The position numbers were made by a program, and so were the translations under genes. DNA of 62,616 nucleotides, filler included, from Dugesia japonica (lineage: Eukaryota), in the NCBI GenBank assembly GCA_001938525.1. It is 5 parts of 5 records of this genome, joined end to end, with 100 filler letters (N's around TTAATTAATTAA, not from the genome) between each part and the next. Parts side by side here need not be neighbours in the genome. Positions count along the whole stretch, not along the records: positions 1 to 16,772 come from MQRL01575081.1; 4 more parts are not named here. One strand, written 5' to 3'. The notes below the pieces were generated by a model. The model was not told the DNA's origin and ran no database searches. It saw only the letters and a list, made by a program, of their open reading frames with translations. Every line of letters begins with the position of its first letter. Within the stretch, counting starts at the first letter, position 1. This document shows, piece after piece, positions 1-11,202 of the stretch.

Positions 1-630
1 TCACATATTCCTATGTAAAAAATATAATGTTACATATTCTACAAAAAAATGTAATTTAATACTTGATGACTTTAAAATTATTATTCACTTAATTTACAAG
101 TTTTGTCAATTAATGCAAAAATATTTCATAAGGCTTTTTAAAACAAAAAAAATATTTAATTCATCAAGATATTATTATTATGAATTATAAAATTTCATCA
201 TTAATTTCACAATTTCAATTTTAAGAATTTATTTTAAAATCCCTAGTAATAGTAGAATCGGAGCATTTTTGCTCTCCATTTTTTTATCGCATATTATAAT
301 AATATATTGCAAATTATATGAATATATATTTTAGATTATTTTTTTATATTTACAATCAAAAAAACAAGTCCAAGTATAGGGTTCATGAAGCATGGGTGCC
401 CTAATTCTACTATTACTAAAATAGCCTCTGTCAATCCTTAAAAAATGAAATTTCAACAATAAATTAATCTAATTACATAATTTGTGTGCAAAATAGTTTT
501 TCCAACTAAATGAACGAGGAAAAAACAACCTCTCTGAAATAATATTGCCTAATATGATGCCATTTTTAAATTCCCATTTAAATTCATTGTGATTAAGTTT
601 TATTACATCAATAATTCTGGTGGGAAAGGT

Positions 631-675
631 TTATGTGCAGAGATTGAACCCCACTATTCCTTTACTAATAATAAT

Positions 676-734
<59 letters not shown>

Positions 735-3700
735 NNNNNNNNNNNNNNNNNNNNNNNNNNNNNNNNNNNNNNNNNNNNNNNNNNNNNNNNNNNNNNNNNN
801 NNNNNNNNNNNNNNNNNNNNNNNNNNNNNNNNNNNNNNNNNNNNNNNNNNNNNNNNNNNNNNNNNNNNNNNNNNNNNNNNNNNNNNNNNNNNNNNNNNNN
901 NNNNNNNNNNNNNNNNNNNNNNNNNNNNNNNNNNNNNNNNNNNNNNNNNNNNNNNNNNAATAATAAGAATAATGATTATTAACCGGATTTTATTAACAAT
1001 ATTGATCTCAGATTTATCAGATATTTTGCATTCTTCTAATGTTCTGTCATTGTTTAACAATTCATCTTGATAGGTTAATTTTATTTCATCTGAATTCAAT
1101 CCTATTTTATCTTGAATTTTATATTTTAAATCAATGATTTTCATGGTGTTCTGTATTTGAAAGGAAATTGTTTTCCCATCTATCGTTTTAACAAGAATTT
1201 GTATTTCAGTTCTAGAATCAATACTAAATTAAAAAAATTAATAATTNNNNNNNNNNNNNNNNNNNNNNNNNNNNNNNNNNNNNNNNNNNNNNNNNNNNNN
1301 NNNNNNNNNNNNNNNNNNNNNNNNNCTCATCATCCAATACATTAGATTGATAAACCAATTTCTGATCATCAGGATGCAATTTTAGTTGCTTTTGTATTTC
1401 CTTTTTTAAATCTTTTATTTTGCTATGTTTTTTTAGTTTTATTAAAAGTGTTCTCTTCTGCTTTGTTTTCACAAAGATTTTTATTCTAAATTTATTAATC
1501 AACTCAATGAAATTAATTATTTTGAAACCTTGATTTAGCTACAATAAATATCACGGATTCGTCCTTAATCTCATATTTCATCAAATCTTTGTTATTCTCA
1601 TTCAATATTATATCCTTATATTGTAAATCATATTTATGAAGATTCTTTCCTATTTTCTTTTCAGTTTCCCTTTTTATTTCAATAATATTCTTTGATTTTT
1701 CAACCTGAAATACTATCGTTAATCCTTCGATTATTAAGGCAATTATTTCCATTTCTTGTCTAAAATAATATAATAAATAATAATAAAACAGATAGATACT
1801 AGCGCACTGAATACCGCCCGCCAACGAAAAGATCTAGTAATTTTGGTGATCTAAGAAATTTACATTTTGATTGGTCGATAATTTGAAGATAATGTTTTTT
1901 NNNNNNNNNNNNNNNNNNNNNNNNNNNNNNNNNNNNNNNNTCGAATTTTCTATTTTTCCTTTTCTATTGTGTTCAAGTACTCTTGTATTATACTTATTTT
2001 TTTAGCATTTTCATGTGACATTGTTCACATACATAACATCTTGGTCTAGGTAACATAACCATGTTGAATTCCTTTTCTTTATTCTAATACCATGTCTAGA
2101 ATACTCAAATAATTAATATATGCCTGGAATTGTGACGTAATAGATTTCTTCATCGTAATCCTGGACGTTAGAATATCAGCCAAGTAATTTAAACAAAAAA
2201 TTAAATATCTTCGTGACACTAGTTATAATGACAAGTGTTATGACCCTTAAATTGGAGGAAGCAATTGTTTATCTTGATGATATACTGATATTTTCTAAAA
2301 CTGAGAAAGAGCATACAAAAAGATTGGAAAAAGTTTTTAATCAAATTAGAAATTCAGGTTTGAAATTAGGTTCTGATAAATGTATATATATGAAAAGTGA
2401 GATTCAGTTTCTGGACCATAACATTTTAAAAAAGGGTTTAAAAACTGATCCAGAAAAGATAAAACCAATTAAAGAATTTGAACAACCTAAGTGTTTAAAA
2501 AAACTTTGTGGATTTTTAGGGCTTACAAATTTTTACAAAAAATTTATTAATGACTATCCAAAACACTCGAGGATATTAGAAAGTTTGTGGAAACATTAAA
2601 AATAAATTAATTCGGTCAGATCAATGTAAACAAAGTTCTGAAGCTTTACAATGAGAATTAATGAAGGTTCCTATACTTATTTATCCTTATTTATATTTAT
2701 TTATATTTATTTAGATTTGTTCAAAAAATTCATACTAGATACAGATGCTAGCTTTGACACAAGTGGTGGAGTATTATCAAATTTAGAAGAACAAGGCAGT
2801 GAACGGGTTATAGCTTATGGATCAAAAGCTATGAGTAAGCATGATTTAGGTTATTGTATAACCAGAAAGAGCTTCTAGTAATATATTATTTTACGTAAGA
2901 TTATAAAGACTATTTATACAAAAAAAGATTTAAACTTCAAACTGATCACAAAACCATAACTTTAATGATTAATACAAAAAACCGATTACTCTACAATTCC
3001 AGACATGGATCAATTATTTAAGTAGTTTGGATATGATTATGGAATATAGAAAATGAAAATGTCATTTAAATGCTGACGCAATGTCGAGGAATAACTGCGA
3101 AACATGTATTCATTGTAAAATGAATCATGAAAATGCAAAAAAAGAGAAAATGAAAACTAAAGTCTTAGCAATTGAGCTTAAAACAAATGGTAATAAATGG
3201 CAAGAAAACTCTGAAGAAANNNNNNNNNNNNNNNNNNNNNNNNNNNNNNNNNNNNNNGAATTCAAAATTTAAGTTTTCAAATGATATCATAATGACAAAT
3301 AATAATAAAATTTGGATTCCTTTAGAATGCTGAAAAGTATTTGTAAGAAGTGAACACGAATCGCTATGTCATATAAGATCTCGAAAAATTGCAGCTCATA
3401 TAACAGAAAATTATGATTTGGAAGGCCAAGAAGAAATAGTAAAAGTAGTTACACAAAGTTGTAAAAATTGTAGATTAAGAAAAACACAAAAAACTAAAAC
3501 AAAATAAAAAATTATTAGTATTCCAGTTGATGACATCTTTGAAATCATTCATATTGATTTTTGTGGTCCTTTTAAGAAAACATTATATGGAAAACAATAA
3601 ATTTTAGCTATAATTGATAAATTCAGTAGATTTATATCTCTCAATGCAGTTGCACATCAAGATGAAAAAACCACTGAAAAATTTTCAAAAATAATTGGAT

Positions 3701-4399
3701 TTTGAAATATGGTGCACTGAGAATAATACAAAAAGATCGTGGAAAATCATTTGAAGCAAATCTATTCCAACAATTAGCTAAGGAATTTAATTGTGAAATC
3801 CAATAATCAAGTTCATATCATCATAGTAGTACTGGAATAAGTGAAAGACAATTTCGAACTATAAGAGATACAATTCATATTAGTTTACAGGATAAGAAAA
3901 TGCAGGACTGGGCAGAAATTTTACCAGAAATAGAATTTATGATGAACACCACAATTCAGAGAACGACAATATTTGGTTAGAAATAGACAAGGCCAGATGA
4001 TTGACAGGTCAGTTCACACCTCATAATATAAACAACAATAGGTGAGAAATTTCACGACTTAACTAAACTGCGATTTTTCACACCTTTGGCTTAAACTTTC
4101 ACACTCTAACTTTAAAAATNNNNNNNNNNNNNNNNNNNNNNNNNNNNNNNNNNNNNNNNNNNNNNNNNNNNNNNNNNNNNNNNNNNNNNNNNNNNNNNNN
4201 NNNNNNNNNNNNNNNNNNNNNNNNNNNNNNNNNNNNNNNNNNNNNNNNNNNNNNNNNNNNNNNNNNNNNNNNNNNNNNNNNNNNNNNNNNNNNNNNNNNN
4301 NNNNNNNNNNNNNNNNNNNNNNNNNNNNNNNNNNNNNNNNNNNNNNNNNNNNNNNNNNNNNNNNNNNNNNNNNNNNNNNNNNNNNNNNNNNNNNNNNNN

Positions 4400-4446
<47 letters not shown>

Positions 4447-5965
4447 CATTATTATTATTACTATTTTACTAATTAAAATAAAAATTTAATAAATAAAAGT
4501 CAAGTGATAGGAAAAATTTATTACAATCATAATCCAAAAAATACATTTCATTGTTTAATAGGCTTCATACTTCTTTAACAATCATATCACAGCAATGGAA
4601 TTAGTTGACATTGAAAAAAAACAACAATTATCATTTATTTTAAAATTTAACTTAATTATTAATTATATAATAACCATAAGCCATACTGTCATTTTTATTC
4701 TTCCAGAATCGCTTATCGTCCGTGCATGATAACGCGCTTTTCTGAGTTTCTACCGTATAAATCTGATGATTTATTGACCCGAAGGTGCTTTGATTTACTC
4801 TCTTTACTTCTGCTCCAATATATACGTCCAGATAGTTATCATGACGAATATCAATTTGTTTCAAACCGATTCCTTTAGCCTTCATTGTTGTACTGCCATC
4901 TTCCTTCTTCATGCTATGGCATTTGAGTCTTAAAAATACTCATTCAAGAAAATTTTCTTCCTAACACTCATCTGTAAATAGCCCAATCTTGTTGGCCACT
5001 TCACTCGAGTACAGAGGATGATCCATGGGATAATTACTTGTATCCAGCAGACCGTCAGATTTCACTTCTCTTAAGAGCATATCTTTGTTCACTCCGGTAC
5101 ATGTCAAGTAAAACCTATCTGTGTCACCTACAATAATATCAATTTTACAGCAATATTGATTTGGATATTTTTCCAACTCTTCATACTGTAACTTGTACAT
5201 GCGTAACTTGCTAAGATCGATCACCATCTGTCCAATGTAACTTGGCATATTTAGCTTTTTTGGCTTACAGCTTTTAATTCCTCTGCTATATCCATAGTCT
5301 TTTTGAATGTCGCTTTGCTCGTATATGTAACAAATTTCTTTTCATTATTGAAGAGTCGAAGATTCATGCGCTTCTTTAAATTTTCAACCGTCTTACCGTA
5401 CAAAGCATTATTCAGATGTAGCTCTTCTCGCGTTTATGTAATTCGCAAAAATTTCCGTCTGTTTAAATTTAATTATCCTATGTACTGCCGTAACATGAGC
5501 ACTTAGTTTAATATCTAACTCTAAAAATCGCCACTAGATAACATATTAGCTTTTCGGCTCATGTGTTAGCAGTAACGTTTTCACCTTTCATTCTGGCGGG
5601 TATTTATGCTCTGGCGTTAAAGGTAATTTATCAAACCAATCATGATGTTCGATATGTATATCCAGATCAACTTCCAACAAGTATCCAATTTCATTGTCAC
5701 ATCTTGATAATAATAACGTCTGATATTCTTCTTCCAACTGATATTCCGCTATAAACTCAAAGTCTATATGGTAAAGGCTGTGTTAAGATCTAACCATATA
5801 GATTATTTATATCGATATATAGCAGTGAGGTATTCTCATCTGTCAAAACGTAATGTGTATTTACAAATGTCATGCCACCTCTAATTCCTGATTCAAATAA
5901 CCTATGCATTTCCGGATCCTGTAGTAATTTTAATAGCCTATCCATTGTTTTGTTTATAATTTCAC

Positions 5966-6030
<65 letters not shown>

Positions 6031-9000
6031 NNNNNNNNNNNNNNNNNNNNNNNNNNNNNNNNNNNNNNNNNNNNNNNNNNATAATAATAATAATAATAAT
6101 AATTTCATATGGTTAATAAATAATATTTAAGGCTCATCATATTTTCATTGAAAAATTTTTAAGTTAGAGTGTGAAAGTTTAAGCCAAAGGTGTGAAAAAT
6201 CGCAGTTTAGATAAGTCGTGAAATTTCACACCTATTGTTGTTTATATTATGAGGTGTGAACTGACCTGTCAATAATTTTGTCGTGTCCCTGCCTAACAAC
6301 CTACTAGCGACGAATTTTTCTCCAGCTGAAAAAAAGTTACTCAAAAAATGAATTGATTGGAATGATAAAAAAAATTTAAATGAAAGAAATCTAAAGCGTA
6401 AAAGAATAATAAACAATTTAAATAACTATGAAAATTCCAAAAATTTCGAAAAGAATAATACAAATAGAAAATTTAATATTGGTGACGAAGTTTTAATTAA
6501 AAGAGAAAGTCCACATAAAAATGAAAACCGATATGAAAGACAAATAATAATCATAGAGAAAATATATGATAGGAATTTTAAATTAGAACGTACTAATGGT
6601 AAAAAAAATAATGAGAAATATAGATTGGCTAAAATACTTTAAAAACGGGGAATGTGCGATATGACTAATAATATAATATTTCACATTGACCTTTATATAA
6701 GTAAATCGACATATGTATGTTATAATAGGTGAATGCATGATTGAATGTTTGAATGTGTGTATGATTTTAGGGGTTAGGCATCATGCTTAACTGATTCCTC
6801 AAAAGCTATATATATATTTGTTACAATGCCATTTTGCGTTTAGAATATATATTTTATGCTTAATTCGTTTTCCAAGTCTAAAAATATATACAATACATAG
6901 TTAGAGATATGGGATATCTGAACAAGAATTCGAATTGTAGAATAGCACAAAACCAAATATCTATTCTTTACATTTGTACTTAATTGCGTCATCGGCCGAA
7001 CTTTATCTAATTAGTTGGTGAGAGCGTTGAGCCAGTGCTACCCAAATACTTATTCATTCAAAATTAACTTATTCACCTGTATTCGATAGCCCAAATTATT
7101 GATTTATTTGATATTCCATATTCATCGAATGTTTTTTCGTTCTCCAATATTTTATCTTCATAAATTANTATTTGCTTATCAACATTTATTCCTTTTTCAT
7201 ATTGAATTGCCTTTCGAAAATCTCCAATTTTTTGTGTTTTTAGAACAATAAGTTGAACAACACTTCCATCAATTATTTTCACGAATAATTCTATTCCTTC
7301 ATTTCTAATTATATTTAATTAATTTCTAATTATATTTAATAAATTAAAACAAACATTAAAACATCAATTGTTGAATATTCTCTAATCAATTCGTATTGAC
7401 NNNNNNNNNNNNNNNNNNNNNNNNNNNNNNNNNNNNNNNNNNNNNNNNNNNNNNNNNNNNNNNNNNNNNNNNNNNNNNNNNNNNNNNNNNNNNNNNNNNN
7501 NNNNNNNNNNNNNNNNNNNNNNNNNNNNNNNNNNNNNNNNNNNNNNNNNNNNNNNNNNNNNNNNNNNNNNNNNNNNNNNNNNNNNNNNNNNNNNNNNNAA
7601 ATTATTGATTAATTACAAATATGTGAAAAATATTGATCACAGATCCATTACATATTTGATAATCAGATAAATGTTTGTCATCATCCAATATTTTATATTG
7701 TTCATCATAAAAATGTGATTGTGATGAATATTTCTGCGTTGATTTCTCATCGATTATTTTTTTCCTAGAATAATGAAATAATCGAAATACAGATCGATAC
7801 AATCTAAATTCTGATTACTCAGTTAATTCTTCAGTTTTCATTGGATCAGTTGATTGGTTCATTATTTCATTTTTATAAACTAATTCGTATTCATTTTCGT
7901 TCAGTTTTGTTTTTTTATTTATTTCAGATTTGATATGTTTTATCGGAAATAATTTATTAATACATAAACTAAATAATTCTTTTTCTGATTTTCTGACGAA
8001 TATTTGTATTACATCACCATAATATCTGAAATAATAATTAAAAATAGCATTTTATTAATAAATTAATGATTGCTTCGATTTATCATCAACATTGATAATA
8101 GATTGATCAGATATTTGATATTGATCAATTGATTTGTCATTATTATCCAATATTTCACCTTTATAAATCAATATNNNNNNNNNNNNNNNNNNNNNNNNNN
8201 NNNNNNNNNNNNNNNNNNNNNNNNAAATCAATCTCTGATTGATCAGATATTTGATATTGATCAATTGATTTGTCATTATTATCCAATATTTCACCTTTAT
8301 AAATTAATATTAATTTATTAAGCTTTAACTGTTTCTTTCGTCCAATTTTCTTTTTTATATCTCTGATTTTATCAGATTTATCAGGATAAATTGGAAATAT
8401 TGATTCATCTGATGATGATTTAATAAATATTTCTATTACATCAGGATGTCTACATTAATAATTAATAATTAAATTTAATTGATAATCACAAACAAATCAA
8501 TATTGATCACAGAGTGATTACATAGTTTATAATAAGATAAATATTTGTCATTATCATCCAATATTTCATATTGTTCATCATCAAAATGTGATTGTAATGA
8601 ATATTTCTGTATTGATTTCTCATCGATTAATGTTTCCCTGCAATAATAAAATAATCGAAATACAGATCGATACAATCTGAATTATGATTACTCAGTTAAT
8701 TCTTCACTTGTAAATGTTTTCATTGGATCATTTGATTTGCTTATTTTTTCATTTTTATAAACTAATTTGTACTCATTTTCGTTCAGTTTTGTTTTTTCAT
8801 TTATTTTAGTTTTTATTTGTTTGATTAGAGATGATTTATTAAAACATAAACTAAATAGTTCTTTATCTGACTTTCTAACAAATAATTTTTTTACATAACT
8901 TCTACAATAATAAATTAAAAATCACATTTAATTAATAATATAATGATTGCCTCGTATCATAATCATAAATAATTACAGATTGATCAGTTATTTGATATTT

Positions 9001-11202
9001 ATCAAATGATTTGTCACCATCCAATATTTCACCTCCATAAATCAATATTAATTTATTAAAATTTTTTCGTTTTTTTTGTTTAATTTTGACTTTTATATCT
9101 CTGATTCTATCTGATTTATTAACATAAATTTGAAATATTGTTTCATCTGATGATGATTTAATAAATAATTCTATTACATCAGGATGTCTACATTAATAAT
9201 TAATAATTAAATTTAATTAATAATCACAAACAAATCAATATTGATCACAGATTGATCACATATTTGGTAATCAGATAAATATTTGTCATCATCCAATTTT
9301 TCATATTGTTCATCATAAAAATGTGATTGTGATGAACATTTCTGTATTGATTTTTCATCGATTAATGTTTGCCTGCAATAATAAAATAATCGAAATATAG
9401 ATCGATACAATCTAAATTCTGATTACTCAGTTAATTCTTCAGTTTTCATTGGATCATTTGATTGGTTCATTATTTCATTTTTATAAACTAATTCGTATTT
9501 ATTTTCGTTCAGTTTTGTTTTTTTATTTATTTCAGATTTGATATTTTTGATTGCAAATGATTTATTAATATGTAAGCTAAATAATTCTTTATTTGGCTTT
9601 CGAAAAAAAATTACTATTAAATCATCATCATATCGTCTACAATAATAATATTTAAAAATNACATTTAATTAATAATTTAATGATTGCCTCCAATTATCAT
9701 AATAGAAATCAATCTCTGATTGATCAGATATTTGATATTGATCAATTGATTTGTCATTTTTATCCAATATTTCACCTTTATAAATCAATATTAATTTTTT
9801 ACGCTTTAACTGTCTCTTCCCTCCAATTTTCTCTTTTATATCACTGATTTTATCAGATTTATCAGGATAAATTGGAAATATTGTTTCATCCGATAATGAT
9901 TTAATAAATATTTCTATTACATCACCAGAATGTCTATAATAAAAAATNNNNNNNNNNNNNNNNNNNNNNNNNNNNNNNNNNNNNNNNNNNNNNNNNNNAA
10001 TATTGATCTCAGATCCATCACGTATTTCGTATTCATCAATTGTTTTATTATCGATCATTTCTCTGCTTTGATAACTCAATTTTTGTAAATATTTCTTCAT
10101 TTGTGTTTCCGTTTCAATTTTAATTTTCATATCTCGAACTNNNNNNNNNNNNNNNNNNNNNNNNNNNNNNNNNNNNNNNNNNNNNNNNNNTCTCTACTTT
10201 TCTAATAAACATCGAAAAGTTTTTTCTATCTTTCATAACAAAAAATATTTTAATACTAAAAATAAAATTAATAATATTAAAATTCAATTAATAATTAATT
10301 AATTACGTTAATTTATCAACTGCATTGATGACAGATTTGTCACATATTTCATAATCCATCAATCTTTTCTCATCATTCAATTGTAAATCTTGATAAATCA
10401 ATTCTTGGTCTTTAGGAGCAATTTTTATTTGTTTTGCAATTTTGTTTTTCACATCAATAATTTTATCACAATTTTTTACATTAATTGAAAATTTTTTATT
10501 GGCAGTTTCAATAAACAATTCCATTTTATATCTGTTATTATTAATCAAATATAATCAATAATTAATTAATTATTACCTATTTATTAGTTTTTTAACATTA
10601 ATTATAGCCAAACTAATTATTCCGTAATCTTTTAATGTTTTATCATCATCCAATTCTTTATCATTATAAAATAATTGTTGCAAATCATAATCGATATCAA
10701 CCACTTTTGATATTTGAGATTTCAATTTGGAAACTTTATCAAACTCTTCAACTAGAAATGCAAAAATCTTCTCATTGACAGTTTCAACAAATATTCTCAT
10801 TCCTCCTCTAATATAAATAGAATCAATCAATAATAAATTATTCATTAGAAAATCAACCTCAGTCTAGTGACAACATTGATCATTGAAATATTATTTATTT
10901 GATAATCATTCAATCTCTTGTTATCTTCCAAAATTATTCCATCAAATAGTAAAATTTGTTCATTCACAGACAATCCTGTTTTCATTTCAATAGATTTTTT
11001 CACATCCATAATTATCATTTCATCATTTTCTAACAAAATAGCTACCAAATCATTATTGAAATTAACAATTAATTGAAATTTGTTTCTAAATTTAATTAAT
11101 TAATTCAATTCTTTCAGTAAAATAACCTCACTTTTTAAGCAAACTTTCTTCAATTTTTTCCTTCAAAATTTCTTCAAAAGAATTATCGAACATATTCGGC
11201 AT
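631..11202 (-). CDS. Spliced poly-ubiquitin-like protein gene, about 15 tandem divergent UBL domains
   Basis: Manual splicing of the minus strand gives one frame across every resolvable junction. Exons: 11202-11132 (MPNMFDNSF...), 11085-10858, 10807-10577, 10531-10307, 10255-~10000 (gap), 9933-9688, 9636-9427, 9372-9232, 9187-8951, 8901-8692, 8637-8494, 8449-8074 (gap), 8025-7819, 7764-~7618, an exon ending ~7355 (mostly in gap), 7304-7077, 1759-1529, 1485-~1326 (gap), 1223-984, terminal 664-631. Fully resolved internal exons are multiples of 3. Domains show ubiquitin-fold motifs (QILVKTIDGKTI, QQLFYNDKELDDDKTLKDYGI). Confidence 0.85.
666..735 (+). repeat. (TAA)n microsatellite in last intron, running into a gap
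   Basis: Direct observation. Confidence 0.95.
1950..2160 (-). pseudogene. Short inverted Gypsy RNase H C-terminal fragment
   Basis: Minus strand reads KSITSQFQAYINYLSILDMVLE*RKG, matching the ITSQFQTWINYLSS motif of other Gypsy copies in the window. Confidence 0.7.
3968..6305. mobile_element. Non-autonomous mini-Polinton/Maverick with TIRs and 6-bp TSD
   Basis: Near-identical inverted repeats ~4000-4119 and ~6155-6273, degenerate out to 3968/6305. Right end is CTACT (AGTAG). TSD AACGAC (3962-3967) / AGCGAC (6306-6311). Removing it restores integrase NTTIQRTTNFSPAE. Confidence 0.85.
4652..5940 (-). pseudogene. Protein-primed family B DNA polymerase, C-terminal half (Polinton type)
   Basis: Motifs GIRGGMTF, YIDINNLYG, NNALYGKTVEN, YIGQMVIDLSK, GDTD, KIGLFTDE, KAKGI, DDKRF; frameshifts and stops. 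Confidence 0.9.
7600..9933 (-). repeat. Three tandem copies of a ~740-bp, three-exon, two-UBL module within the poly-UBL gene
   Basis: Units start at 9933, 9187 and 8449 (spacing 746 and 738 bp). Exons and introns are similar between copies (e.g. repeated gtaatc...ttgtatcgatct intron). Confidence 0.9.
10858..11085 (-). CDS. UBL domain 1 exon; ends VTRLR, completed to RLRGG by the next exon
   Basis: CTG AG|gttgat...tattag|A GGA GGA ATG across the 50-nt intron 10857-10808. Confidence 0.85.

Larger units (their letters stand above)
2213..6972 (+). mobile_element. Degenerate 5'-truncated Ty3/Gypsy retrotransposon (RT-RNaseH-INT, PPT, 3' LTR), interrupted by a mini-Polinton
   Basis: YLDD RT motif, FILDTDAS RNase H, integrase HHCC and IDFCGP/DRGKSF/SERQFRTI with many stops. 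Integrase resumes after 6311. PPT aaaaacgggga at 6641-6651, then TG at 6653; LTR end approximate. Confidence 0.85.

Noticed and set aside
589-982. Poly-N, poly-I and poly-Y ORFs (also 4099-4449, 5872-6084)
   Set aside because: Translations of (TAA)n microsatellites and N gaps.
8101-8310. Apparent extra partial UBL duplication around a 50-N gap
   Set aside because: Near-identical sequence on both sides of a fixed-size gap indicates an unmerged contig overlap or collapsed repeat.
7073-11048. Operon-like cluster of separate small ubiquitin genes, or stop-codon reassignment
   Set aside because: Stops between domains fall inside well-formed introns and splicing restores one frame under the standard code.
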